DNA of 64,000 bases from contig BFEA01000012.1 of NCBI GenBank assembly GCA_003427395.1, forward strand, positions 3,829,559 to 3,893,558. The letters run 5' to 3'. Below, piece after piece: positions 49,900 to 62,601 of this stretch. Source of the DNA: Chara braunii. Its lineage: Eukaryota > Plantae > Charophyceae. How positions within the stretch are numbered: the first letter of the stretch is position 1; every line of letters starts with the position of its first letter. A program made the translations under genes and the position numbers. The notes beneath the pieces were generated by a model, which saw only the letters and a list, made by a program, of their open reading frames with translations, made no database searches and was not told the DNA's origin.

Positions 49900-52070
49900 G
49901 AAGCCAGTCTGCTGCCCCAGCTACACCACTTTCTACTCTCCTCCGGGCACACCAACCACTGCATCGCAATCGCTGATGCTGTTGCAACACCTTCAAAAAA
50001 ACGCACAGCAAATGCTGCTGCAGATACTCAGCCTGCCATCTCTACAAGAAAGAGCCCATATGACAAAAAGACATCATCAGGCCCAACGAAGTTCCATATC
50101 AAACGAGTTCAGAAGAACCCCAGTCAACGAGTACGTCGATCAAGCTAACTTAGGCAGGGGTGGGGGGTGGTACGTCCTTTTTTCCCTCTGGAAGTAATCA
50201 ATGCCGCCCTTCAGGCCTTCCCACCAGAAGGGGGAGGACCGTGTGTGAGTACTCGATTGTATCGTTCTGACTTGCCGGTGGAATAGGAAACAGACTGATG
50301 CTCCCCAGAATGGAAAAGGAGCCTGAACCATAAAATTCTGTTTATTGAAAAAAAAAAAGAAGAAGAAAGTTCAATAGCAAACAATATTCCACCATTTGGT
50401 TAGGCTAAGTGAAGCTATACTTCAAAGTTCGAACTCATCCGGGGCAGAAGTCGGAGCAGGCCATACTCCTCTCCACTGTCTTGGAACAATGTGTGGCTCT
50501 ACAATCTCGTGCTTCAAAAAGAAGAGTACGGCAAGGAAAACTATTCTTATCGGCTTGAGACTACTACTTTCCAAAACATAGTGGACCTCCTGGAGAAGAA
50601 ATGGGAGGACAAGATTGCAGCCCAAAAGGCTCACAGAGCTAACAAGCTGACATGCCCAAAAGGTGCACAAAGCTGTCTGGAAAACTCCATCTGACCACAT
50701 GGGTGAACTTTATGCGAAGCTCGTTCCAAAAAGCAGCTGTGTTGTTTGCAACACGGGATCCAGCGTCGACTGAGACGGCGAACCTAAAAGCAATGCGAAG
50801 TTGCTTGTTTTTTTTTGTTTTCATTTTTTTTTCCATCCGAGGTGATAAGAGCATCCTCCTGGCGTGGGCCCTTTTGTTCTGGAGGCTCCATCTATTGGTG
50901 TATGCAAAGTTGGTTTGTATTTAGAAGATCTTCTATCTCTGGCAAGCGGTCTGTCAAACCACCAGTACTTACTTGGTGGAAACATTTCTAGTCGGATGAA
51001 TTTGGTCGCTCCTGTAGTGGCCCGTACGTTTCCTAAAATTGTGGCTCACAAACAGGCACAACTTTAGGAAGTACTGATGGTTGAACCATACTAACAAGAA
51101 GAGAAATCTTTCCTCCTCCTACCTAAAGACACAAACATCCCAAGACACCTTAAGAGTACCAACTCATTTGCAATATTGAAATCTCAAAGCAGACCTTGTA
51201 GAACCCCCTACACAAAAGGGTCGGGTATTTCACAAGGGAGAAAAATCTTCCCTCCTACCTGAAGGGAAACCCCAATAGAGCTCAAAGAGTTTGTCAATCC
51301 TCTCTCTCTACATTGGGAAAGAACACAAGAGAAGTCTCGTCCTCGTCGCTTCGCTATAGGATTACGAACCTGTTTCAGAATGTCCCTGAACCAGTTGCTG
51401 CACCTATTTCCAAACCTGCAGCCCAAGCACAGGACTAACACCGTCCTCATATTCCATACCCACGAGGAAAGACGGAAAAGGATGGGGATGTGAAACTGAT
51501 CTATTTCCAGTTGTACATCAATCGCATGTAATCAGCGCATTGGGGAATGTCGATTCCCTGTACTCCATCCCTTCGACTCTCTCTTGGAATGAAGGCAAGA
51601 GGATCTGCAGCATACCTGTAGAATGAAGGCCGCAGAGGATCTGCAGCGTTTGTCACATGTTCACAAGAATCACAACCTGTCGAAGGCATCCCTACCACCT
51701 CTGACAAAGGAAGAAGAAATATCACACACTGACTGGACTCGTTTTTTTTTTTTTTTAACCACTAGTACCTCGCCCAGTGTTGGGAAATTAGGGAAAACTG
51801 GCAGTTTTCCCAAACTCCTGAAAATTCGGAGGCCGGGCCCGACGACGGCTGCCATTGATATATCTCCGAAAAGGTCGGAGGCCCACCNGAGGCCCGCTAT
51901 TTTCCCACACGGCAAAGGTACTAGTGGTGGCCAGTACGCCCGAGCCTGGAGTCGCCTTACTGCGTGCCATGCATTTCCTAACCGCCAGTCGTGCACTTCT
52001 TTTCTTTTTGGCTGGCGCCACCAGCCATTGTGGTCTAGCAGGGCGAGCCATTGCGGTGGGGACGAGTTGC

Positions 52071-54513
52071 TGTGACGCCCAACCTCACGCCCAGCGCGAC
52101 TTCCTGATCAGAGTGGGATGTGGGCTTGGAAGTGCAAAAAGGGGTGTGCCAAGGATTTTTGGGAAAGTGGGGGTGGAGTCGCATGTCAGAACTGAGATCT
52201 CCTGTGGCAGGGTTTTTCGTGGGCACGAATGCAATTCGGCGGAGAGGGCGGACCGCCTTTGGTCACAAGGCAAATGGTATGCACGGATCGCTCAAGGCCA
52301 GGCGAGCCATTGGTTCCGAGGACGGCGATTTGCGGGGAGGTCCCTTCAGGGTGGGTGGGGTTCCGATGAGTCGGGCCGTCGGGAGTTGCCACGTGGGGCC
52401 GATCGTCGCGCGTTCGGGTTAGGCCTCGGGAAGTCCGGGGTCCTCTGGTCGCCGCGTCGCCGACAATTTCCACAAGGCGTGTTGGGCCAGTATGGAGCTA
52501 TGGCCTTCCACGGGACGACGCTGAGTTGGTGATACGGAAGGAGAAGGCGAAAGGGAGGGAAGCTGGTGGAGATAACGACAAAGCCTGGGTGGGTGAAGTA
52601 GTGGGTGTGGTCCTNAGTGGAGAAATCAGAGCACCGGGGGTCGCTAGTGGTGGCGCAGTGAAACTCCCTAGGACACAGTCGGTTCTCGGTGAGGCAAGGG
52701 TATATATGTCGGAGGATTTCGTTTACCCAGGGGGTGAAGTAGTCTGGGCCGTACAGGAACGACTCCGAGCTCTCTGAGCGTGTCATCATGTCCTCGCAGA
52801 GCTACAAAATGCCTAAGGGCGGGTCTGTGCCGATTGCGATCACCGCGTGCGAGCACATGCAAGCCACGCAAGCCAAGTCGCGCCTACACGTGTTCGTATG
52901 GGATGACTGTTCCGTCGCGGATCCTGGATGCCCGCGTCCAATCAGACGGTGCTTCTGCAATCGATGGTCCTTTTGGGTTTGACGAATCGACGCACGGGGG
53001 TGCGTGCAAATGCGCAACTCAGATCGTGTTTACACGCGTCCCCGCACGGCGTTCACTGGGCCAGACATCCGATTGTCTAATCACTCTGTAATTTTTTAGC
53101 ATGCAAGATGCAACAACCGCAACAGCCCAATCAAGAGACAAGCAAAAACGACAACAGGATTACCGATCGCGCAAAATTCCTATCCTACTTGCGAGTGCAT
53201 CGAATGCAACGAACAAAGGCAAAGGCAAGGATCTGATAAAAAGATAAGTGACCAGACATGCCATCCATACATCCATTCATTCAGCAACATACACAGTGCA
53301 TCGCAGATGGAAATCGCGAAGACAAGTGTGGGCAAAAATCCAAGTCCAGATTCCAAAAAAAACAAAAACGGGCAAATCACCCGGAGCCGAAATCAAAATT
53401 TATGTACACGAGACAGGAGGGAGAAAAGATAAAGGAAACAGCAAATCCACGTCCATCAACCTCAACTCTCTCTCCCTCTCTCTTCTTCTCCGATGCGGAC
53501 AGTCCGTCGTCGCACACCAACCCACGAAGCCGTCACCCCACTTAGTCCTCCCGCACCCGTCAAGTTTGCCCGCGCCCACAGTCCGTCGTGACCCGCGTCA
53601 ACCCCGCGCGTTTGGCACCAGCTCGTCGGGTCACCCGACTCCTGCTCTACTCACCCCTTACTTCGCTCGTGTGTCGACCCTCTCTGATCGCGCAACCCAA
53701 AGCTTCCAACAGCTGGTTAAGAGAGACAACTAATCGCGCAGCCGGAATTTATATCGTGCATGCATGCGCGGAGAACACGGAATTACCAGGATTTGGAAAG
53801 AGGATTAGAGAGGGAGCGCCTGCGTTCTGCATGACTGGGCCACGGCGTGGAGGACGTAGCCACTCTCCACGCATCGATCCGATCATGCAGGCCATGGCTA
53901 GAAAAACGCAGCAAAAGAAAGAGAAGAAGGGCGGGAAAGACGAAGCGCAAGAAGAACGATACAGTTATGATGACGCCAACCCAAAATTACAGTTACACAC
54001 CCGATTAAAGGCGCCGGCTAATCAGAATTCCGTTGCAGCCGCATAAAGAAGCGCGCAAGCAAAAAGGCGTCGCGCGGCAAAAGAAAGTCCTAATTACAAA
54101 ATTCCTAAATTCCTATCTAATGCGAAAAAGCAAAAAGCACAAGCTCCGGAAAGAAAGTCCGAAATTCCGAGGGTCATCGGGGCTCGACAAAATTCGAAAA
54201 CGAATTCAAAAAGAACGAAGCAAATTCCCGCGCGATGTCCGCACCCAAAAAGTTCCGAAACCGAACCAAAAAGAAATGACGTCAACATTTATTAATCGCG
54301 CCAGCCATCCGACCAATCAATCACCCGCCCCGGGACACACCCAGCTCCGACTCAGCCATCCGAAAAGAATCGACGCAAAAGACGAAGAAGCGAGGGTACA
54401 GATGCAATTTCCCATCCATCCCAATCTCCCGTAATTGGCCCAACCTTCCCAGCTTAGGACCCCTCGTTGCAATCGCGCAGAAAGTCGCGCTCTACAGAAA
54501 GTGGTTCGTCACA
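52071..54513 (-). mobile_element. Solo LTR (diverged family C)
   Basis: TGTGACG...CGTCACA termini, TTGC duplicated on both flanks, shared terminal motifs, TATA box and LTR-ORF. Confidence 0.85.
52346..52789 (-). CDS. LTR-encoded hypothetical protein (family C, 147 aa)
   Basis: GFVVISTSFPPFRLLLPYHQLSVVPWKAIAPYWPNTPCGNCRR aligns with the other LTR ORFs. Confidence 0.55.
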   Translation of the reverse strand: MMTRSESSESFLYGPDYFTPWVNEILRHIYPCLTENRLCPREFHCATTSDPRCSDFSTXDHTHYFTHPGFVVISTSFPPFRLLLPYHQLSVVPWKAIAPYWPNTPCGNCRRRGDQRTPDFPRPNPNARRSAPRGNSRRPDSSEPHPP

Positions 54514-55247
54514 TTGCTTTTTCTGCGGCTGGGGCCACGTACTGGCGGTTTAAAGCACCAGTACCTTCCACCGAACCTTTTTTAGATCCGGTTACCAGCC
54601 CTCAATGGGAAGGTACCTTCCACCGAACCTTTTCTAGATCAGCTACCAACCCTAGCACATCTTTACTTTCTCTTTTGCTTGTTAGTTTCTTGCTTTCTCT
54701 TTGACGTCCTGAGCACACGGCACAAAGCAGAGGTTGCCTCTCAAGAATCCTAACCCTTAACGAGTATGGGCTGCAGTGGCAAGGGCCGTGGGCCACCGCG
54801 CGCCAGGGCAGGGGTGCTAAAACGTGCAGCTGCAGTCCGATTGGAATGACTGGCAACCGGGGATGGGTCCGAGGCCAGTTTTGAACCACCAGTACCTTTC
54901 TCAGTGTTGGGAAAAGTGGGAAAATATCATATACTGCAAACTTCAGAGGTCCCGAAGAGGCCCAGCAGAAAAGAAAGAAAAACAGAGAAGATTGGGACCC
55001 TGCGGGCCCACGGTGAAGAGGCGGGGGGCGAAAACAAAAACTACAAATTTTGAATCCAGCAACGTCGGGGAAGGGCCTCACGGAGGTGGAAGTCACACCA
55101 GTGCTTTGAGGAATGTATCTGGCCACTATGTGCTGTTGTTATTGCCCTTTCAAGTTCTTCTGTTTGTTTGCTTTTGCTGCCCTGCCGGTGAGGCAGGGAG
55201 GATTCCACGTGGGGCAACAAACTGCCTCACTCACCTCATACTCACAC

Positions 55248-55356
55248 TACAGTCTTCCCCCGAATACAACGTACGGTCATTATAGCTGAATTTGGCATAT
55301 CTTTCGGTCTAAATTCAGCTATAATGACCGTACGTTGTATTCGGGGGAAGACTGTA
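55248..55356. mobile_element. Near-perfect palindromic MITE, related to the 36224 family
   Basis: ~46-bp arms TACAGTCTTCCCCCGAATACAACGTACGGTCATTATAGCTGAATTT and their reverse complement. Confidence 0.8.
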
Positions 55357-55496
55357 GGACTGTGGCATCCTGTATTAAACCACAGGGATTTTTTTTTGAA
55401 CTTCTTCTTCATCGAACAGACGCCCTCACAGAGGGCACAGTCTCACTAGCACCTCGTAGAATGTATCTGATGGCTATGACGGCGTTAGGGAACATT

Positions 55497-55775
55497 CTTT
55501 TTTTTACTTTTTCCTTTCTTTCTTTTCTTTTTTTTTTCTTGTTTCTTCTTTATACACTATGTTCTTCTCTCAAATTCTTTTTCGCCTTTCACTACCTTCC
55601 TACCACCACTCCTAAGACTATATAGAGGGGACCCCTGCAAGCATAGGGCCTCGCAAACGAGGTAATCCATGTTGCCCCCCGCCCCAACAGCGGTAGTCAG
55701 AGATGGGGTGGGGCCGCCGGTGGGGGTCCGGCTAACGCAAAGACTGAGCATTTTGCCAGTAGCTGCACCTCCCTT
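55497..55775 (-). mobile_element. 5'-truncated SINE copy with A-rich tail
   Basis: Reverse complement of 56136-56358, with a T-rich tract at 55497-55550. Confidence 0.8.
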
Positions 55776-55883
55776 TTTTCTTCTTCTTGAGACTCCTTCC
55801 TTTTTTTTTTTTTTTTGGGTTCAGACGTAACTGCTGTGCATACCAGAAAAGAAAATACATTGGGACCCAGGTTCGGAAAAACT

Positions 55884-56384
55884 CGGTGCTCAGCTCAGTT
55901 GGTTAGGCATGCAAGTGGCATTCAGGAGTTTGTGGGTTCAAGCCCCATGGCCGCCTGCGGCGCACTTAGTGCCAATGGACTGTGATAGTCCTCTGGATAC
56001 CCCTGATCGGTATTTGCTGGGTCTATGACCAACACGGGTGTGAGTGTGAGCGCGAGTGGGTTGTGTGTGGTGTGTGGGAGAGTGTTGGCCATAGCCTCTG
56101 CTGCTACTTGATGAGGGGTGGGGGACGATGAGAAAGGGAGGCGCAGCTACTGGCAAAATGCTCGGTATTTGCGTTAGCCGGACCCCCACCGGTGGCCCCA
56201 CCCCATTCCTGACTACCGCTGTTGGGGCAGGGGGCAACATGAATTACCTCACTTGCGAGGCCCTATGCTTGCAGGGGTCCCCTCTATATAGTCTTAGGAG
56301 TAGTGGTAGGAAGGTAGTGAAAGGTGAAAAAAGAATTTGAGAGAAGAACATAGTGTAGTTAAAAAAAAAAAAAAAAAAAAAAAA
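55884..56384 (+). mobile_element. tRNA-derived SINE with poly(A) tail
   Basis: A box (CAGCTCAGTTGGTTAG), B box (GGTTCAAGCCC), body, A24 tail. Confidence 0.8.
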
Positions 56385-56424
56385 GGTTCAGCGAAAACAG
56401 GATCGGAAGTAGTGGTGGTTTAAT

Positions 56425-56508
56425 TGGTCCGATGGACCATGGAGCAGATCTTGAACTGATCAGAACAGATACTGCACTTGATCTTACCCAAAAGGCCGGA
56501 AAAGGTAT
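56425..56508 (-). pseudogene. U2: U2 snRNA 5' portion (nt 1 to ~84), diverged, no Sm site
   Basis: ATACCTTTTCCGGCCTTTTGGGTAAGATCAAGTGCAGTATCTGTTCTGATCAGTTCAAGATCTG..TGGTCCATCGGACCA. Confidence 0.88.
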
Positions 56509-58209
56509 ATCTCCATGTTCTAGCAGTAGATTCTTTTTCATTTTGCACACAGGTCTCTCTCCATGTTCTCGCGGTAGATTCTTCCTTATTTTGCATGCAC
56601 ATTTGGTGAGTGGTGGATGCGCCTGCACAGGCTGGCAAGATCTTCAACCATACATTGTGGTCTGTCAGGCCAGTAGTCATGCGCTCAAATCCCACTTCAT
56701 TTTTTCCTTTCTATACTTCAACAACTGTTCATTTTCCTCTTTTCTCTGTTACGCTCTGGACGTGTTTGACGTCAGATGATTCCAGGTGGAGCTGCAATTG
56801 CTGTCAACTACATTTAGAGAAGTGCCAGTCGGAGTATGGTCTGGGTACCCCCAACGCCCCGACGTGGACTGGCAAGACCTTCGCCCATATGTTGATTTCC
56901 TTTTTTCTCCTCCCCCTCTCCCGCCCCCCCAACCCACAAGAAAAAACAAAGGGTCTGTGAGGAATGTGTCCTCAGGGGCCCTTAGACAACATGCATACGT
57001 TCTGCCTGTGGGCTCCCAGCAAGCCTCGTGCCCGCCGTAAGTGAAGGCGGACCTGAATATCCACAGGAGGCCCTTATCTCAGCATTTTCCAATACGGGTC
57101 TCAGACAGTTGCTGCCCGACAATTGGTTAAGTACAACCTGAGCCTCACCCTGGGCTCTTCCAGAAGGAAGCAAACCGCGCCAGGAAGTTGAGCCCAGGGC
57201 CTGGGTGGTTGTGCCCTGGGCACACACATTTTGAGGCCGACACATCAGGAAGCAGCCGCAGGCCAACGAGAAAGCAGCATTGTCGACGCATCTGCCCATG
57301 GACTAGAGCAAATGCAGCAAACAGTCGGAGGCTGGAAAATACTGGGTCTGCCCAACTGCAAAGGGCCCAGACCCTCAACTGCCGAAGAAGGGGCCTGGGC
57401 GCAGGTACTGGGGCCCGACAGGATGCTACTGGAAACCTCCATGGCCAGGCCCACACAGTCCAGCAGTGGCTGCCACTTCCATATAGGAAGCAGGGCAGCC
57501 AGGGAGAGGTATTCTGGCCAATGCTGGCATTGCGGACACGCAGCTGCGCTAGCGTGCGAGTGTCTGCTTTGTGCAGCTGCTGTCTGGGGCGCGCACGGGC
57601 GCTCCGAGGCAAGGGCGCTGCAGGGCAGCAGGGCGCTAGCGGCCATAGCCGGGCTGCAGGGGGGGCAGTTGAAGGGCGACAGAGGGGTCTTCGGGAGGAG
57701 GTGCAGAAGTGGGTGTCAGGGGGGGATGAGGGGAGACTAGGATACGTACCTGGTGTACGTGGGAGGTTGGCATTGTTGTTGACGACATGTACATTGGTCT
57801 TCAGAGTCGAAGTGAGTCTGTTGTGAGAACGTAGATAGGATAGGTAGGCAAGTAGAGTAGGCTGGGCGCTGGGCGCCAGCCAGAGAGGAGCGACACTGAA
57901 TACTGCGTTGGTGTGGCCTGAGGGCTTGAACATTGGCTCACGAGTTCACTGTATGGCTCTCATTTTGATGGAATCTTGGTGCATTTGAGCTCTCTGCTTG
58001 TACATGACTATCTGGACATCTGCGTGATTTTGCAATTTGGTTTTCTGTATATCGCTCTTGCTTATATTCCTTGCAGTTCCTTTTTTTCGCCTTTTTCTCT
58101 GGACGTCATTGAGTTCAGACACATCCTGGTGGGATGGTACTTGCAGTCGGCAGCATTTAGGGGAGTACTAATGTGAGTAGGCTTCTGCTGCCCAAACCAA
58201 CTGCATAGG

Positions 58210-58258
58210 CGGGCGACCTCTGTAACTGCAGCACTTGCTCTAACCAACTGAGCTACCT
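58210..58258 (-). pseudogene. tRNA-like head fragment (SINE remnant or tRNA pseudogene)
   Basis: GGTAGCTCAGTTGGTTAGAGCAAGTGCTGCAGTTACAGAGGTCG; no T-arm or B box. Confidence 0.55.
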
Positions 58259-58460
58259 AAACAAAAACAAAATCAAACCATGTTCAATTCAAAAAGGTCA
58301 TTCAAAGATTACTAAGTACAAAGGCACATTTCGGTAATCGTACACCTACTTCACAGACTTTCAGCCATATCCATACGGATTACGAAATGAAATCGATGTT
58401 ATTGATTTAGAAAAAAACACTTCTATTTTCCTTTTTTTCTGATAGGCTGTTTGGCCGGGC

Positions 58461-58646
58461 GATTGTCATCCCGAGGATCATTTACTAGCGGTTGATTGTC
58501 ATCACGAGGATCAATTAACTACTGCACGATTATCACCGCTAGGATCATTTACTATCAGGTGATTATCATCACGAGGATCATCTACCACACCACGATTATC
58601 ATCGTGAGGATCATCTACCGCACCAGGATTATCATCGCGGGGATCA
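58461..58646. repeat. ~33-bp minisatellite
   Basis: GATT(G/A)TCATC..GAGGATCAT repeated about six times. Confidence 0.8.
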
Positions 58647-59489
58647 ACAGCTTTAAACGAATGTCTCTGCGACGATCATCGACTATGCAATTACCATCGC
58701 ACAGGTCACCAGGCACTGGTGTGACCATCATAGGACGAGCCCACGGAGCCGATTGTCACCCTCATGGGCCAGCCGCGCACAGAATTACCGCAGAAGTCAT
58801 CACAAGAACGATCGAGTTTAGCACGCTGATCGGCATGCAAGGGATCGGGACAGATGTGCGAATCATTGTGGAGCGCATCAAAATCGCCATGACGGCCTCA
58901 GGAATAACAGGTGGATCGGCGAACAGACTGGGACCGCAGTTTTTCATCCCGAGAGGACCAGAACCTGAACCCATCGAGACCAAATGACACCAGGCAGGAA
59001 TTTTCGTGTCTATGTGAGACCGAGGCCAGGGTTTCCAGCCTAAGCGGGACCAACCCAGGACTTTTGCACAGGGCGGGATCAAAAATGGGATCTTTGGATT
59101 GAGTGAATGAAACCGGGACTGCAGTTTTCGGCCCAGGTGAGACGGGGGCTAGTTTTCGGACCGAGCGGGACAAGGACCGGGGATTTTGGAGTCAGGTGGA
59201 CTGCAGGTTCTTTCGTTCGGGGCGGTCAGACATCAAAGGGCCAAGTCAGTTTCTACTGGTAAATGGTAACCATCGATCTGGATTTCTGCCCGCAGTGCGC
59301 CAGAGATTATGCTTCAGATTCCAAGAGTTCCAGTACATCGCCCTGGGACTGACAGGTCCACTATCGGCAGCACCCGATTGGGCGCAGAATTAGACCCAGA
59401 CTACAAGCTCGCACTATAGGGACTCGAACTGATCACTTGGACGCTGGCAACACTCCTACCCCGATGCCCGGTTCCAGTGTCCTTGAGGC

Positions 59490-59735
59490 TATTATCATCG
59501 ACTAAACAAAATGGTATTTTTGTTATTTTCCTACTTTTTCAGCCGTGTCCTTTTACTATCATCGACTAAACAAAATGGTATTTTTGTTCCTTCCTACTTT
59601 CTGAGCCATGTCCTTTTATTATCATCGACTAATGGTATTTTTGTTCCTTCCTACTTTTTTAGCCGTGTCCTTCTATTATCATCGACTAAACAAAATGGCA
59701 TTTTTGTCCCTTCCTACTTTTTCAGCCGTGTCCTT
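59490..59735. repeat. ~62-66-bp tandem repeat, about four copies
   Basis: TATCATCGACTAAACAAAATGGTATTTTTGTTCCTTCCTACTTT..AGCCGTGTCCTT. Confidence 0.88.
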
Positions 59736-61136
59736 AGTTTGTCGCCTACTTCTGTAACACTGACGCAGTTGTTTGCAGCTTGCAGGAGCCAGAAAATAGC
59801 CCTCCTCCGGGTGACAGACACAGGCGCGTCCAGGGCCAATTTTCACGTGCCGGCAGATCTTTTCCCCAGGTCGACACTGGTATTGTTCTCTTGCGTGTGG
59901 GCCCGAGAGCCTATGTGCTGTCCGCCGCACCCGCGAGCTAACTCTGTTCTCGTACTGTGTTTTCCAAGTCCCAGGAGTAGAACCGTAGGTAGACGCAGTG
60001 ACAGGACTGAAAGTCTATGTGGACTCAGAAGAAATTCTAAGACAAACACGGAAAAAAGTGATATTCGAGAGGCACCTAGAAAGGTCCTTTAGCTTCCAAA
60101 TAGCTCGTCATGTCGACATCAGGTTGGTTCAGCCCCTGAAGGTGAGTTTCGGGCTGCAATCATGTCGCCGCTGAAAAGGCAGGAACTTCAAGTAGGACCT
60201 CCTGCACCTGAAGAGACTGCAAACCTGCAATGATATCGGCCGTATAAAATAAGAGACTATAGATTCTTTTCAGATTCTACATAGGATACATTTTGAAGTG
60301 GTCGCCACGTAATAAGGCCATAGATTCTTTTGAGACTTCTAAATAGGATACATTTTTTAAGCACTTTTTGCCACCACTTCGTGTCCAGCAGCAATTCGGC
60401 GGGAGATGTGCGAATCGAGTGCTGCACTCTGTGCCCGGAGGCTCGCAAAAGTCGAGCACAAAATACAGGTAGATCCTGCGTTATCATGAAGGGTCCAAGA
60501 GAGCACTTGGTTGAAACAAAGCTCGCCCATGAGTGACATACGAAAGATTCGTCAATTGTTGCCAGCGTTGGCTAGAGGGTAGAGGTACTGGAGGCAAAGG
60601 GCAAAGGTACTGGAGGCAAGGGTAGAGGTACTCGAGGCCGAGAGTCGTGAGCATATATAAATCGGAGCACTGTCCACCTTCACCTGAATAGAACGGCCGG
60701 TCATTATTGCCGTAATTGGGGCACCTTGTGGTCTAGATATAGCGATAATGACCAGGAGTACTATTCGGGAGGAGACGGAAGTCCAGGCTTTCAACTGGCA
60801 CTCCTGCTACTGCTACGCCCTGAGGTAGAATTAGGCGAAGCTCTGGGCTGATGGAGGAGTCGAGGGGGAGGAAGAAGACCTCCATGGCAGTGGGCGCAGT
60901 AGTCGTAGATGGGAAGGAGTAGGCCTTGGTTGTCGAGGCAGGTGGAAGAAGCGAGTATAGAAGTAGGGGAGGAGGAAGAAGTGGGGAACCAATGAGAGAG
61001 ACTTACCTTCCTCCTCATCTCCACCTCCTTCGCCAGAGCTGCATCAGGACACCCCCAGTTCGGGTGGCCGTTGGAAATCAGCTTCATCCATCAGTTGTAT
61101 GGCTATGGCAGATTGAGATGGAAGAGGCATTCTTGT

Positions 61137-61285
61137 ATGATCTAAGTAAACAATCAGTGGCATATCGACAAATGTCATTATTGTTACGTCGACCACCAGG
61201 TCGAGAAGCTTTCCCAGGAGATGTGTTTTATCTACATTCTCGTTTATTAGAAAGAGCTGCCAAAATGTCAGACCAAGCTGGTGCA
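61137..61285 (+). pseudogene. atp1: Mitochondrial atp1 fragment (NUMT)
   Basis: [49 protein letters not shown] with AT-rich codons; EAFPGD is the mitochondrial type, plastid atpA has EAYPGD. Confidence 0.9.
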
Positions 61286-61965
61286 TCCATGTTGGGCACG
61301 GATGACCCACCATACACATACACAACACCTTGAGTAGGAAGAGAGAGAGAGAGAGGCCTAAAGGAGAGCCCTTTCAGTGCTGGATGTAAAAAGGGTGACC
61401 ATTCGGACATTAAATTGTTATCGTATTTAATTGATCACAACAAAAGGAGAACATTACATGACGGTGATGATGATGATGATGATGGCGAGGAGACGAGACG
61501 ACATTAATTCCATTTGTGAATTTTTCTTCTCCTATCCTTTTTTTTTTATTCTCCATTCTTCTATTTTTCCTACATACAGCTCTTGATTTGCAAAAATATG
61601 GATTCCATTTGTGTAATTCTTTCCTCTCCTTTTTTTTGCTATTCTCCATTCTTCTCTGTAAGTTGTCTTGCATTGTTCAATCGAGCAGGATCTGGACATA
61701 TTGCTTTTTGCCTAAATGGGGCTTATCATCCCGAACATTACATTGATCGTCTTAAGGGCACACACTTGCACCATCTTGAATGCTTTCAACTGCATTCACG
61801 GGTAGATTCAACCATGAATCTTGTGCACATTCACGGGTAGATTCGACCATGAATATTGTTCGCATTCACCTCAATGATTCCACAGCCGAAACACTGACAT
61901 ATTTTTAAAACCCTTGATCATGTCCGTTTGAACAAACGGGGCTCGCCTTCATCAGAAGGGCCTCG

Positions 61966-62286
61966 TTGCACTACTCGCCATCCGCCAACATTTTGATTGC
62001 ATGTGGACATCATTTTTGTCCAGATGCATTCAAAATCTTGGCGAATGGCGAGTAGTGCAACTAGGGCCTAATACACGGACCATCCGCCAACATTCTGATT
62101 GCATGTGGACATCATTTTTGTCCAGATGCATTCGAAATCTTGGCGAATGGCGAGTAGTGTAACTAGGGCTTAATACACGGACCATCCGCCAACATTTTGA
62201 TTGCATGTGGACATCATTTTTGTCCAGATGCATTCAAAATCTTGGCGAACGGCGAGTAGTGCAACTAGGGCCTCATACACGGACCG
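61966..62286. repeat. ~102-bp tandem repeat, three copies
   Basis: CCATCCGCCAACATT.TGATTGCATGTGGACATC...GCAACTAGGGC..ATACACGGA. Confidence 0.9.
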
Positions 62287-62566
62287 ATATCACCGACTTT
62301 GTCGCAAAGTCAAAATGAAAAAAAAAACAAAAAAAAAACAAAGGAACATCAATTTTTGTATTCCCTCCATACCGGCGGAAGAAGCAGAGGTGTGTACGCA
62401 CCTCACACATGCCGTCAGGTACACCTACCTAACTCATGGCGAGCTCAGATCAATACAGCTCAACAGCATGCGCAGAAAAGTGGATTTCCCCAAATGACAG
62501 CTTTGGTCTATTACAGAAATGACAGTGAGAGGCGGAGAAGGGGATGAAACACAATCTTTCCTGAAG

Positions 62567-62601
<35 letters not shown>

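Noticed and set aside
57145-57933. GC-rich overlapping ORFs of 130-260 aa
   Set aside because: Open in several frames on both strands with no recognisable motif.
58461-62286. Tandem arrays as CRISPR-like repeats
   Set aside because: Units are contiguous with no unique spacers, in a eukaryotic context with no cas genes.
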